The notes under the pieces were generated by a model, which saw only the letters and a program-made list of their open reading frames with translations, was not told the DNA's origin and made no database searches. A DNA stretch of 64,000 bases from Ophelia neglecta. Its lineage: Eukaryota. The stretch spans positions 4,588,001 to 4,652,000 of the forward strand of contig OZ260664.1 in assembly GCA_965285935.1 (NCBI GenBank), read 5' to 3'. The position numbers and the translations under genes are program-made. This document shows positions 46,791-59,792 of this stretch, piece after piece; positions within the stretch are counted from its first letter, which is position 1, and every line of letters starts with the position of its first letter.

Positions 46791-49700
46791 ATATTTTCTA
46801 ACATGAGCCTGAGCGCCGTAATAAAAGTCAATCAGCGTAAAGTATAGCTTAACCCTTCTTTTTTTGATTAGTGAAATTGTTGAACGTTGATTTACATCAT
46901 CTCATCGCAGGATTACCTGACAGATGAATAACACCAAAATGAAGCCCTATAATCCAATATTAGTACCCACGGATCCCTTTGTGTCCGTGATAATCATCGA
47001 GCTAATAGACCTGGTATGAAGTCAAACAAAGTACAATCTTGGCTTGTCTGACCATTGTCAATTATTTAATTGCTGTCCACTGCACTGACGTTTTAATGGT
47101 GATTAGAATCCGTCATGGCGCCTTTAGTATCTCCTCTCTGTCGTAAGACCTCTGGTTTATATGCCTCAGTGGAATGTAGTTAGTAACGTGTGTTCATAGC
47201 TTTGCACAAATTGACCCTTAATATAAACAGATTAAGGCATTATAACTCTATGGGTCGAAAAAGGTCACTCCAGATATGGGTGGTCTCTATTTTTAATATT
47301 TTATTATTAATTTCATAAAAATTTATTTTCTGTTGATGAAATAGGGATTAGTACTTTTAGGGGTGCAGCTGGTGGTGTCTCATTATTTCATTCCCCACTT
47401 AATGCACTATTCATAATGTTGCTTTGTCAGCCGGGTGTTCACTCCCGGTTTTTCACGGGAAGAATGAAGTCTAATTTTGGGTACTTTCGAGGTAATCAAT
47501 TTTACTTGAAGAATGCTACTCCCAGCATGTAAAAAACGAACCAGTCAAAAGTTACTGACCATCATTTAACACCAATTACACAATTCATACTTGCAAAAGG
47601 ACATGGGAAAATTTGTAGCTTTCAATTTATTCTGGACATATGCGCGGCCAACATTAACAGCTACTCCTGACCCTGTAACTCTTAATGTGGCTAGCTCTCA
47701 CTTGACCATGCCTGACATTATTAAAGCGCATAATTATTTAATACCTCTATCAAGTCCAATTGTCAAGGATTATATTTCGGTTAGTCAAAACTAAATTCAC
47801 AAATCTCAAGGCATTCCAGGGGATTTACCATGCGACCCTGGCGCTTTTATGATTGGATATATCCGCCAGAATAATGTTTAATAAGGGAACGTACACTGAT
47901 ACATGTGATGGGAATAGAACATATACTTGTGTAGATCTGGTAAAGTATAAGTAGATATTATCTACTGCTGTTAGTTTCCTAGGAATTATATGGCTTATCA
48001 AATACCTGCAGTAAGGGCACTAATTACAAAAGTGCAGATATATCTAAAATGGAAAGCTCCCCCCTTATTTATTGTAATAAGTTTTTAAAATGTCTTTATG
48101 TAAAATAAATCCTGGAGAAATACATGGCTTAGGTGTTACATATTATATCACAAAACATTTTCCAATGAAGAAGTGACAGGTGTCTTGAATTTTTGAGACA
48201 CTAGTTAACTTGCTCTTCTGGACATTACTACATATCAGAACTATTAGGCAAACACTCTTGCCGAGGGAAAACATTTCGTGAGCAGTCGTTGGTAGTTTAA
48301 TGACAAATGGCACTTATTTTATGACCCTAAAACTGACCTTCGATTAACATGTCCGCAAAATGCTTTACAAAGGAAGTTTATTCTTTTATTGAGTAGTAAA
48401 TCAATACGTCATCTATTTACAGCCAACCAGCAGCAATAAACACCCAACGGGCATGCGCAATGGCTCATAATTTTACCATTTATATGCCATTATGTTTTTC
48501 CCTTGATGTTTAGTGAATGATTTACATTCATATCGCTCTGATAAAAATGCACCTTTCTCACTTTTGTTTTCCTTTTTGGTTGCAACTCGTGTCCCGTGAT
48601 TGTAAATTGACACACCGTCAACATAACATCAATAACAGTGAGTTTTAATGGTGAGAAAGATAAGGTCCCCATTTAGGAGATCTCGCCTTGCACAACCGCT
48701 TCATCAAAACGTCGCAGCAAGGCCGGAATAAAAAACGTACAGCTTACAAAAGGTTGGAAGTTTTGTGTTGATTTGGTAAGGCTTTCTGCGGGCATAACTA
48801 AGATTGTAAAAATTAAGTTTTATTCCATTAGTACAAATTTCATCGCCACGATTCACTTGGACGCTAGCATGACATTCTAACAAAGCTTATATAAGAGTGA
48901 CTTAAACATAATGAGAATATATCAACACATGAAGAGTATAACACAAAATAATAATAATAAAGAATATGAAAAACAATATTTGTTAATACATGATTTGATA
49001 TATGATTTAACTATCTATGAAGCTCTTAAGCTATTTTCACTAACTGACAAAATAAGTTCATACGAGCAGATCAGCTTATAATCTATAAAGCTCGCGGCCA
49101 TCTGATCATCTCCTAGGGACCACAATATGGACCTATATGTTGTGGAAACCCTAGTACTTGCCACATGTAACTGCATATTTATTGAAGTGCTGCTGGGGAG
49201 CAGAGAAGTATGTGAATGACTACTCTTTGATATGCGTGCTAGCTGGCAAATAAGAACAGATTCTTTTTATATCAACGTTGTTTAGAAACTCTTATACAAG
49301 GGTTATATACTTGGCAGATTTTACTTTTTGTGTCAGTTTGTTTGACCAAATTGACCTCGGGTGCCAATGCCTCAGCGGGGATTCCATCCAATGAACACAG
49401 TGTAGTTGAGCCTGGGACGGATATCGTTTAAGCAGGGAAGGCATCTTCTGACATTTTCATACCGAGGAGTGACCGGCGAATGAGAATGACAGAAAAGCTG
49501 CCAGCATGCATTAAACACTGCAGCATCGCTCAAGGGCGCTCGGGATTGGCCTAACAGTAAGCCGTGTAAAAAGGATTAACTCTGACTGCCAGACGCGTAT
49601 GGCAGGCTAATACGTGCGAATTTACATTCCCGGAAATGGTAGAACATTTGAATATGACAACAGTCAAAATTTAGCAAACCTTTAACTAAAGCGCATAAAC

Positions 49701-50149
49701 AAAAAACTAAGCTACACATTCGCCGCCTAGAAATTTTAACATACATATTTTCGACCGTAATAACCAAAAGCAAATTATTAACAGTCTGAAATAACTATGA
49801 TATTTACGAAAACAAAACTACGATACATGGGGGGACCCGATAACAATACCAATAATTTGAACTCACGTTTGATTCCAGAAAGAATTTAAGAATGTAGCAC
49901 CTGATAATACAAACATCAAAGAACATATTAGGAAATGAGGCAAACACCAAAGAATGTATCACGTCATAAGATTAATATTTGATAATGTGTCATGTAATAA
50001 GACAAGCAAAAGCATGGAGGCAACAGAACATATACGACAAGGATAAAGCATAGCCGCTGGGCAGGACGGAATGGATGTCAGAAGAAGAATGTCTGGAACA
50101 AAGGCATATTCGTCGAAAAGAAATGCTGATGTTATTTTAAAAGTTTGCA

Positions 50150-51142
50150 TCGCATTGGTAAAGTACTATAAAATACACAGGCACAGCAGTAGTAAAGTAC
50201 TATACAAAACATTGGGACAGCATTGATAAGAAGCCTTTCGTGGACTCCGGATCTGGAGCATGATGGCCAGAATTGGAATAGTTCGCAGATCAGGACGCCG
50301 GACATTTTCATCCATTTCGGGAGCCTCGAGAAGGGCCAGCAGGTGGAATCTGTTGACATCACCCGGAAATTTCTCTTCATATCAGAAGAGTTACATCCTT
50401 TTTAGATCTTTTGAAGAAGGTAAAGTACTATAAAATACACAGGCACAGCAGTAGTAAAGTACTATACAAAACATTGGGACAGCATTGATAAAGAACTATA
50501 CAATATATTAGGACATCATTGATAATCTACTATACAATACATTGGGAGAGCATTGATAAGGTACTTTATAATACACTGGGACATCATTGATAAGGTACTG
50601 TACAATACACTGGCACAAAATTGATAGGTACTGTACAATACGCTGGGACAACATTTAAAAAGGCATATATAAAATACACTGGGACAGAATTGGTAAGGTA
50701 CTATACAATACATTGGGATAGCATTGATAAGGAACTACACAAAACACTGTGACAGCATTGATAAGGTACTATAATATACACTGGGAGAACAGTGATAAGG
50801 TACTATACAATACACTGGGAGAGCAGTGATAAGGTCCTGTACAATATACTGGGAGAGCAGTGATAAGGTATATAAATAATACACTGGGACATCATTGGTA
50901 AGGTACTATACAATATACTGGCCCGGCATTGATTAAGAACTATACAATATATTGGGACAGCATTGATAAGGTACTGTACAATACACTGGGACAGAATTGA
51001 TAAGGTACTGTACAATACACTGGGACAGCATTACTAAGGTACTATATAAAACATTGGCACTGCATTGATAAAGAAATATACAATACACAGGCACAGCTTT
51101 GGTAAAGTACATGTACTTCACAACACACTGGGACAGCATTGA
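50150..51142. repeat. Minisatellite, ~33-bp unit ACAGCATTGATAAGGTACTATACAATACACTGGG-like, interrupted by a 190-bp insert
   Basis: Direct observation; explains the repetitive YCIVPYQC-type ORFs. Confidence 0.97.
50229..50418 (+). repeat. 190-bp copy of 51451-51640
   Basis: Identical apart from four substitutions found by eye. Confidence 0.97.
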
Positions 51143-52065
51143 TTTATATTTTTGCCTTCAATTGGTTTTAGGTTGCAAATGGCTGTGCCGTTATCAGGAA
51201 ATGGACCTCAGGTGACATGCAAAGGAAGCACATTGTCTTGCTCTGAAATATCATATCCTGCTTGAGGTTATGGCACTCGGGAAAGGCCTGCCGGTGATCA
51301 AACGTGACCGTTAAGATGACTAATGGCTGGACGGATAGCAGGAAGGATCGACAGGGAACACTGACCCATCTAAAGAGCGTCTGGCGCGGCTAAAAGTCGA
51401 TCTGTGCAAGACACAGCCATCAGGAGGTCTTCTGTCCTGGGTCAATACGAAGAAGCCTTTCGTGGACTCCGGATATGGAGCATGCTGGCCAGAATTGGAA
51501 TAGTTCGCAGATCAGGACGCCGGACATTTTCATCCATTTCGGGAGTCTCGAGAAGGGTCAGCAGGTGGAATCTGTTGACATCACCCGGAAATTTCTCTTC
51601 ATATCAGAAGAGTTACATCCTTTTTAGATCTTTTGAAGAATTGGGTAAAGGATGATGGTCGATCTGGGACCACTGACTGTTATACCGACGGCATGAGTAG
51701 CACATTGATGGCATGGACAGATGGTTTTACGTTAAATGGATAGCAGAAAAGTAGTTAACGTTGGGAATTGCAAGTGGAACGCTATGCCACTATTTATATG
51801 TGCCCTACTAGTAATATGTCAAGACACATTGCATATCACACTTTATTCAGTGCTCAAACAGTTTAACCATCCGTGGTACAGCAAACGTCATCTCCGCTGT
51901 TTCCGCATTAATGCCAATGCATTTCGTTGTCATTTTAACAAGGCGTCTGGTGCCATTCTTATTTCAAATAATATCAATATTTTCCTTTAGAATGTTTTTC
52001 ACACGCCCATAAAAATAGGAAACAAGAACCAACTAAATCTAGTTAGTTTCGTTTAAACATATTTA

Positions 52066-52111
52066 TTTATACTGGTTCCCTCAAAAAGCTGTTGGAGGGA
52101 ACCAGTATAAA
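52066..52111. repeat. Hairpin with perfect 17-bp arms, possible Helentron/HINE-type terminus
   Basis: tttatactggttccctc / gagggaaccagtataaa. Confidence 0.7.
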
Positions 52112-53461
52112 AAACTTAATCAAGTTCAAGGTTCTGTCATCATGTGAGGCTCAATTATCAATTAACATCAGATATTATTTTGGGGCGATGTAGAGCGCTG
52201 GAAAATATTGCACTCTTAGCCTGCTCAACTGTATAAAGTTTTGTTTTTACTCCAATTCTAGCCGGCTAACCATTTATCCGACGTTTAGAAAGCACCCCAG
52301 TCGTTGTTCACCTAGTTTAGGGGAAAACTAATAATTTTTGTTATGTCTTCGGCTAGGCTTGATCAGTACTCCAGGCAATGTTACATATAGACTTCATTTA
52401 ATGAGCATTTTTTCGACATTACTAAAATGGATCATGGATCATTTTTTACGCGATTTCAACGGAACGTTTGTAGCAGGTAAATCACTCCAAGCCAACAATG
52501 TACCAACACACCCTAAATAAACTTACAATACAATTTTTTAAATAAATTACACTTGCAATCATCTGCAATGAGAATACGTCGTATTGCATACTGGTTCCTG
52601 TCGGTAGCTGTATCTGAGAGGTCAACCCAATTACCTGTTGTCCCATAAAGCAAAACCAAAACAGCTTGTGTCATGTTATATGTTTATGCTCCTATATACT
52701 CAGTTAAGTATGTCAAAGTGACGTCCCAGCTCCGTCGGCGTCTAGTCACCAGAACAGGAAGACAATCAAAATAATTTAGATCCAACAGTTCATCACTCGC
52801 CAAACAATGAAAACAATCCTAGTGTCCCCTTCATCAGGGATCTCTACATAAAGCCTGAACTTAACGGGCAGTAAAGTAGTTCATATCACCAGACCAAGGG
52901 CCCCGTCTGGAGCTGAGTAGAACTCAATAGGCCCGGACAGACAGTGGTAACCTCATTACTGAGCAAGCTCATTATCTGAGTACACTTTAAATCAAGAAGG
53001 ATTGGAGCCTGGAAATTTTCGCCAAAAATAATGTGGCAAATACACAAAATAAGCCACCCTGATTAAATTGTAGTTAAAGAAGGTTTGTTTATTAAATACG
53101 AATGGTGTGCTAGCCATTTCGTATAGCTGGCTGTAAAGCATATCATACGAAGCGCTGTCCACCATCATATCCTCTTGGACACTGTATGGAGCGACCGTAG
53201 CATGTGTTGTGTATCATCCTTACACTATATGCGTTGCGCGGTGATTCGATCGGTCATAACAAGCTGGTTTCCTCATATATGTGTGTGTTTTGGCAGATAT
53301 CCATTACTGGATCATGAATCGCACTCATTTCCTGCCGAAACAATGCTTAAGAATAGAAGAGTGGACAATTTGTGGCCTGCTCTTGACGACTTAGCAGCTA
53401 TCATACTGAATGGTGGTCTCATTACACTAACATATGTGTGACACTGTGATATCACTCACTT

Positions 53462-54908
53462 GGGAATATATCTTTCAAATGTGTTGAAAGCAGCCAATAA
53501 GATTTGCCAGGTTGTCTCATTCAGGGCTGTTTAGGGAGACATTAAAACCGCCGTTAATACAATTGCATTAGAGTGATAGCCAATTCCCTTCCCTCCGAGT
53601 GACAGGTTTTATGGGTGTTTACATCGTATGTTGGCTCTAGCAGCAATAGTCATTTACTGCCTAATTCTTTCTCCTGACATTATGATTGGCGGGGCGTTTG
53701 GCTGCCAAAATTACAGATATCTATTCTGATTTGGCCTATCCCTAGTGAAAATAGGTTAAATGCTCTTTGCAAACAACTAGCAAATAATTGAAGGCACGTA
53801 AGCAAGTGATGACACCTCCAGCCGTCCCCCGTCCACCCCACCAACTCTCACCCGCTCCAACCCACTCCCATTCTTGTCGCCTCCTCCAAAGCCAAACCAA
53901 ACCTGCGCCTCCCATCACCACACCACTCCATACCCCACTCATGGTTCCTTCCTTCACTCAGACCTCTCCGATGCCCAAGCCCCCCCCCCCCCCCACTCCC
54001 TCATGTTAACAATAGTGGCATTTAGAAGCACGCCATATCCCACAATGATCTGATGTAATAACTCATCATGACAAGACTATCATGGACTGTTTATGTTTCA
54101 TTAGGAGCTGTCAGACTCCACCAGCCATTTTGTTGTTTTCATGACAAAACGTATCAAAAAACAAATACATTATTAGATCTACAGATTACTTCTGACAGAA
54201 AGATGTTTCCTATCGCAGAAAGCAGATAATAGTTATGTCTCTTTTACTTACTAGTGTTTCTCGTGTCTAAAAATGCTGAAACAACACGAAATCTTTACAA
54301 TATCCCATCTGTACATTATATAGAACAGTTGTAGTAAGTAACATCTGTGTTCGAGCAAATCCTTCTACATGTGAGTTTGTACAGTTATTATAATTTCATT
54401 TGTATATATGGTTCCTATATCTGGTGGTCATTGAGCTCTTTATGAATCATCCCAAACCGGATTGTTTTAAAGCTACGATGCCAGGCGAGGCATAAAAGCA
54501 ACCATACAAATATAATAATGTCCAGCACATATGTCTGTCAAACTCATATAATACAGACAATGTAGAAGAATTTTGAATTATTTAAGGCTCAATGGACTAA
54601 ACTGTACTAACATATGGCGGACCTTCACTTCATTGGACATATTTCTATCATTGCTCAATTGGTTTTTTCACTGGCAATATATCAATCATACGTGTTTCAA
54701 TCAGCCAATAAAATGATTGATACCAGGTTGTCTCATTCAGGGATGTTAAAGAGGACATTAAAACACAGTTAATAGAATTCTATCAGAGTGATGGGCATAT
54801 TCCTTTCCTCCAAGGCACAGTTTTTGTGCGTGTTTACCTGTAATGATTGTCCTGGCAGCGACAGTCATTTACAGCACATCTTTATACTTTCTTTAGACAT
54901 TATGGCAG
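53462..54908 (+). repeat. Diverged ~230-bp direct repeat pair (53462-53690 and 54673-54908)
   Basis: Shared cagccaataa, ccaggttgtctcattcaggg, gacattaaaac, agagtgat, gtgtttac, agtcatttac, gacattatg. Confidence 0.85.
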
Positions 54909-57900
54909 GTGTTTGTCTGTCAAGATTTCAGTCCCGCTTTCAGGGTTTTTATAAACCATGGTTCCAACATGCAAAGTGCACCCATAATGGAAGCATATAC
55001 CCCAACTAACCTTACACATGAATAGGGTCATGGTAACCCGCAGAATAAATGACACTACCTCTGCCGTCTGAATCATAAGGCAGCTCGGAGAAAATGACAA
55101 TGGCTGTCAGTGGGTTTTCTTTGGCCACGGAAATATTATGCAGATACTTAATCTAGAACCATTGTTTACTCGTACCGATAACATTCATAACCCTGCCTCA
55201 TTCACCTGTACATTTATGTTGTTTTTGTATAGCTGGTGTTTTCTAGGTGGACACAATAATGTATTTTTAGGTTGTTGTGCAATCATGTTTCCATCTCTGA
55301 GTAAGACCTTCAGAAACACCGTCCATAATTTCTCACTATTAAACTAGCGTGCTTGATAATGCATGATTGCGGCTTGGAATGTAATTAAAATTTTGAATAC
55401 AAACCAACATAAACCAGAAAATACCCGGCAGAAAAATCAAATCCTTAGTCAAGAATCTATCAGGTTGGCCCGAAATCATTAGAAACTGCCAATCACGAGC
55501 TTACACACACCAGTCCCGAGTTCACTTGCTGTTGACATGCTTGTGATGAAATTAATAATAAAAGGCATGCACTTGATATCACTTGCAATGAGAAGAAAAC
55601 AAGAGTTTTCCACGGTGCGAGTCAGACCCCAAAACAACAGCCAGAGGTAGAGGTCAACCTAGGACAGAGATTAATGATTTCCTAGGATAGTCTCAAAAGT
55701 TCTCTCGTAAGTTATTGATGGATTTGTCTTATTAAACACAATACCTGAGAATGATGTAAATTGTCCCTACATATCAAGGAGTAAAATGTACTTTATTACC
55801 AGGGTAGTGCAATCAGATATACGCAGGAGTGAATACACGGTAGACAGAACTAAAACATCAAGAATAGTACATTAAATTGGAACGGTCAACCAAAAACCAC
55901 AAGCCCAGAACTTCTAGTTATCTGTCAGCTTGACAATACATGTAGGTGGACATCTTTTCAAGGGCCAATTCATAAGTTATTATTGGATATCAATGCCACA
56001 AAGACATAACACACATTCACTTCAAGTCACAGGCATGCATAGATAAAACATGATAAACGTCATGAACATGAACATGATAAACGTACCTATATCAATCTGG
56101 TGTATGCAGCCTTGGAGTATATAATATCAGACAGCTAGCTTTGCTTCATAATCTATCAGATTCCCAATTGTTTCTAGTCCAATGTAAAAAGTAATATTTG
56201 TTTTAGGGATAAATCCAATTATTCCATTTAGAAACAAGGCGCCTTATATCAATTCACATTTGCAAACGTTTGTGGACAGACAATGATGAAAGTAGTTATC
56301 AACTTCCAGCTGGGATGCAGTTCAACCGCGCATGGCATGGTAGTTAACTTCATTCAAACAGCTATGCTCCAATTGGCCAAAACGTCCTAACCTGATGCGT
56401 TAATTTATATTAAGGATAGACAGGGGGAGGTTGTTTAATGGTTCTTAGACTTGGGCTTGAACTTTTTCATGTAGTTTCATATTTTGACTTGAACTACTGA
56501 CTTTAAAGTTAAATGACTTTCACTTAAGTGGGTTGTGAAACGTTTCTTCGGCTTAAGTCAAGTTTGATTTTAGTCTCAGACCTCGCCTTTTCTCAAGACT
56601 GCTAAATAGGAGGTGTGTACGATATGATACTTTTACTTAAGATGCCTGCTAGAAGTTCAAGTCAAAGAAGTTTTGAAGAACCGACTTTAGCCTCAGTCCG
56701 AAAAAAAATACTCAAATAAAAAAAACAAGCCGAAACTTGATGCCAAGAATCCCCAGGGCTTACATGCCTGTCAAATTTCCCCATGGACACATTATTACTG
56801 TATCTTTTGATTTTAGCGTTATGCGCTGTTTGTTTTTTTGCAACAAAACATCTATTCAACTTGATCAAAATTGTGACAACTATGGCTTGTGTTTGCCTTT
56901 ACAGTCGATCTTCTTCAAAGGTTATCAATTTCAATTCCTAAAGTTATTTCGTAACGTAAACATGATTATGCCGTTAGCTATTTAATGCATGGTGTGCATG
57001 CCTAAATCGATGAATGCACGCTCAACCCAACTGAGTTAAACCCTTCAATTTTTCATGAGTTAATTGGTACTGTGATTCATTATAAGAGAACGATTGTTGG
57101 CAATGATCGATGATTTGAGCTGAGTCACCTACAAGTTGAGCATGTACTCAGACCACTAAGTGTGCATGCACAATTTCGCTGTTGGATACAGTATGGCGCC
57201 TGTCTGGTCTCGCCGGCAAATTTTTAAACGAACTAATTTTTAACAACGCACAGATCTCCCAGTAATTTGTTTTGCGAATTGCCTACGGCACATATAATTG
57301 CTCAGATAAAGAAAAGAAACCTTCGAACCTCATTCTGAAAAATTCGCATGGTCTATTTTCCATCGTTAAACACAGTTCGATAATAATGCTCTGGGTCATT
57401 TCGAGACAAAGCATTTTATAATCAAGTTTGGTAATAGGAATAATCGAACACATTGTTGCCGAGTCATTGTTGTGTAGTTTGTGCCAATATCCCACAGGGC
57501 ACTGAATAAAGGATGCGCAAATCTTAAACACAGCCTGGCAAATCGAGACAAAGGGGGCTATGCTGCTCAATAATCTCTTGAATATGTGTACGATTAACTT
57601 ATTGATGTGTGTGGTGCTGGTTCCTGATGAATTTAGACCGATTTAGTGTACTACTACAAGTGTACTACTCTAGTGTACTACTCAAGGCTGATGATTTATT
57701 TCTGTCTGCCGAGTATCCACTCCCGTCCTTTGGAACTCAAACCGTATTATATTATATATATTGTGTATACCGCAAACAGAATTAAATCTCGTAGCTGTCT
57801 AGTTGTCTAGCTGAAGTCCGTACTAAGAGGAGATTGAAGCGAAGAGTAATAATTGTAAGCCAAGACCTGGCGCCGTTCGCTAAAAAAACGTGTATATATT

Positions 57901-58952
57901 GAAATATATTGGTATATTGTTTCGGCTTGACGTAAATCTGAGAATCATTTGAGATTATGATTTGAAAATTTACTGAATCTTTCCTGTGCCGAGTTTATTA
58001 AAGGTATTTTTGAATTGATTACTTTTATCCAACCAAGCTAATAATGTTGTTAAGTCGAGACTTGGAAATAAAAAATGCACACATACACTAAATACCGCAG
58101 TGTAATATCACTACATATTATCCTATTATAAGTAGATTCAACTCCTCTTTTTGTAGGACATCGAGCCTGGGGATTCAGATACAATTGTTATTATCAGCTA
58201 AACCACAGGCTTGTATGGTTACCATTTGTGTACTTACTTAAAATCATTTAAGCAAGCCATGCATTTATTATGGTCAGTGTATTAAATGATCTGCGTTTAG
58301 GGCAGTAAACGGGCAGAGCGATATGATTTAGAGAGTATGCCATTTTTTAGTGTGGAGGAACCCATGTAATGTAACCGACCCATAAAGAATTGCGTTTATT
58401 GACCCGGCCTCCCTGCTTCCACCTGCTGAGACCCGGATTCATAAAGGGTGATGGATGGATCATTACTCCAATCAGAATACGATCGACTTATTTCAGCGTT
58501 TCTACTTAATCTATAATGTACATGGAGCATCCAATTTCATATAAGATGGATCTGGCCATCGGGTTAAGGGCAACTGGGCATCCAGAAATCCTAATACATC
58601 ACTCTAAATCTGCTCATTGACACTCGGCTAATGGTGAGATATGTAAAGGAACCCTAACTATTACAAAAAACACGCCCCGTAAGTGGCTACCTATGAGGTA
58701 CATGGACAACTGTTTTTTAAATTTTCAGTTGCATTTTAAGAGCATTTTAGACTGAACAGGTGAAGAATCATGCTTCCTAAAGGACAGGATGACATGGGCT
58801 ACTAAGAACAAATGAAAAGGGTGACTCAGAAGAACATGATGATGAAGTGGGTGGGCTACTAAATAGGACAGTAATATGGCTGCTATAGTGGATACAGTTT
58901 GCCTGCTTCTTGAGATATTCAGTTAAACCAATTCTAATCTTGTTATTACATG

Positions 58953-59200
58953 TATTTATTTCTTTATTTCTTTATTTCTTTATTTATTTATTTATTTATA
59001 ACGCGCATATGCAAAGTTATAAGTGCAATACAACATACACAATAAATAAGGTGTCGAAGCAAGATTGTTCTCGCTAATTACGACCAAATATATATATTCA
59101 TCCCAAAAAAGGCTTAACGTTGCCACCTGTTTCGGTAAAGCGCATTCCATTGCATGGTATAGAACAATGGATTCGAATTCTTAGTCCAAATGAAGTGAAG
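58953..59200 (-). mobile_element. Decayed 3' end of a CR1/L2-type LINE with (TAAA)n tail
   Basis: (ttta)n run on the plus strand next to minus-strand TMQWNAL-PKQVATLSLF, similar to the CR1/L2 C-terminal WNSLP motif. Confidence 0.5.
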
Positions 59201-59632
59201 CTGATGCGCGAACATACAGCACACCCACTTTTTTGATGAACAGGGGTTTGAATTCCATTCGGAGACAATTGCACATTCAACACTTACAATGACAGTAACG
59301 CCACAATTTCATCGCCATCGAAAATATGGTTATAGATTATCAGTATATATTATTATTGTTCATACATACAACTTGTCTCAGGGATGAACACGGACCATTT
59401 TATCTTATTTAATTGGATACTCTTGCCACTTAAATTTTATCACCTACCCAGCGACCTGGACTAGCAAGGATACGTTAAAACTTTTCATGCGAACTACAAC
59501 GCGCACATGTCAATACATATATCACTCTATATTCAAGATAAACCATAAACAGCTATCTCAGTCACATTAAGTAATAAATCCAGATAGATACACACAAAAA
59601 AGAATTGATAACTGGTAAATCACATGGATGAA

Positions 59633-59792
59633 AGCCCAATGGCTTAGTGATGGAGTGCTAAGCTGACTGCCTAAAGGAAACTTGGATTCCCCCCACCGGA
59701 TATGTTGCTATGCGCCTTTGGCCGAGGTTTTTAGCACTCATCCCCCTATTGTACCCTTCTGCAAACGCGCTCCAGTTTGTGATGGTACCTGC
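59633..59792 (+). mobile_element. Decayed tRNA-SINE remnant
   Basis: A-box-like tggcttagtgat, degenerate B box, tgcgcctttggccgagg and gatggtacctg words resembling conserved SINE central domains. Confidence 0.35.

Noticed and set aside
50516-51139. Cys/Tyr-rich repetitive ORFs
   Set aside because: Translations of the minisatellite, with frequent stops.
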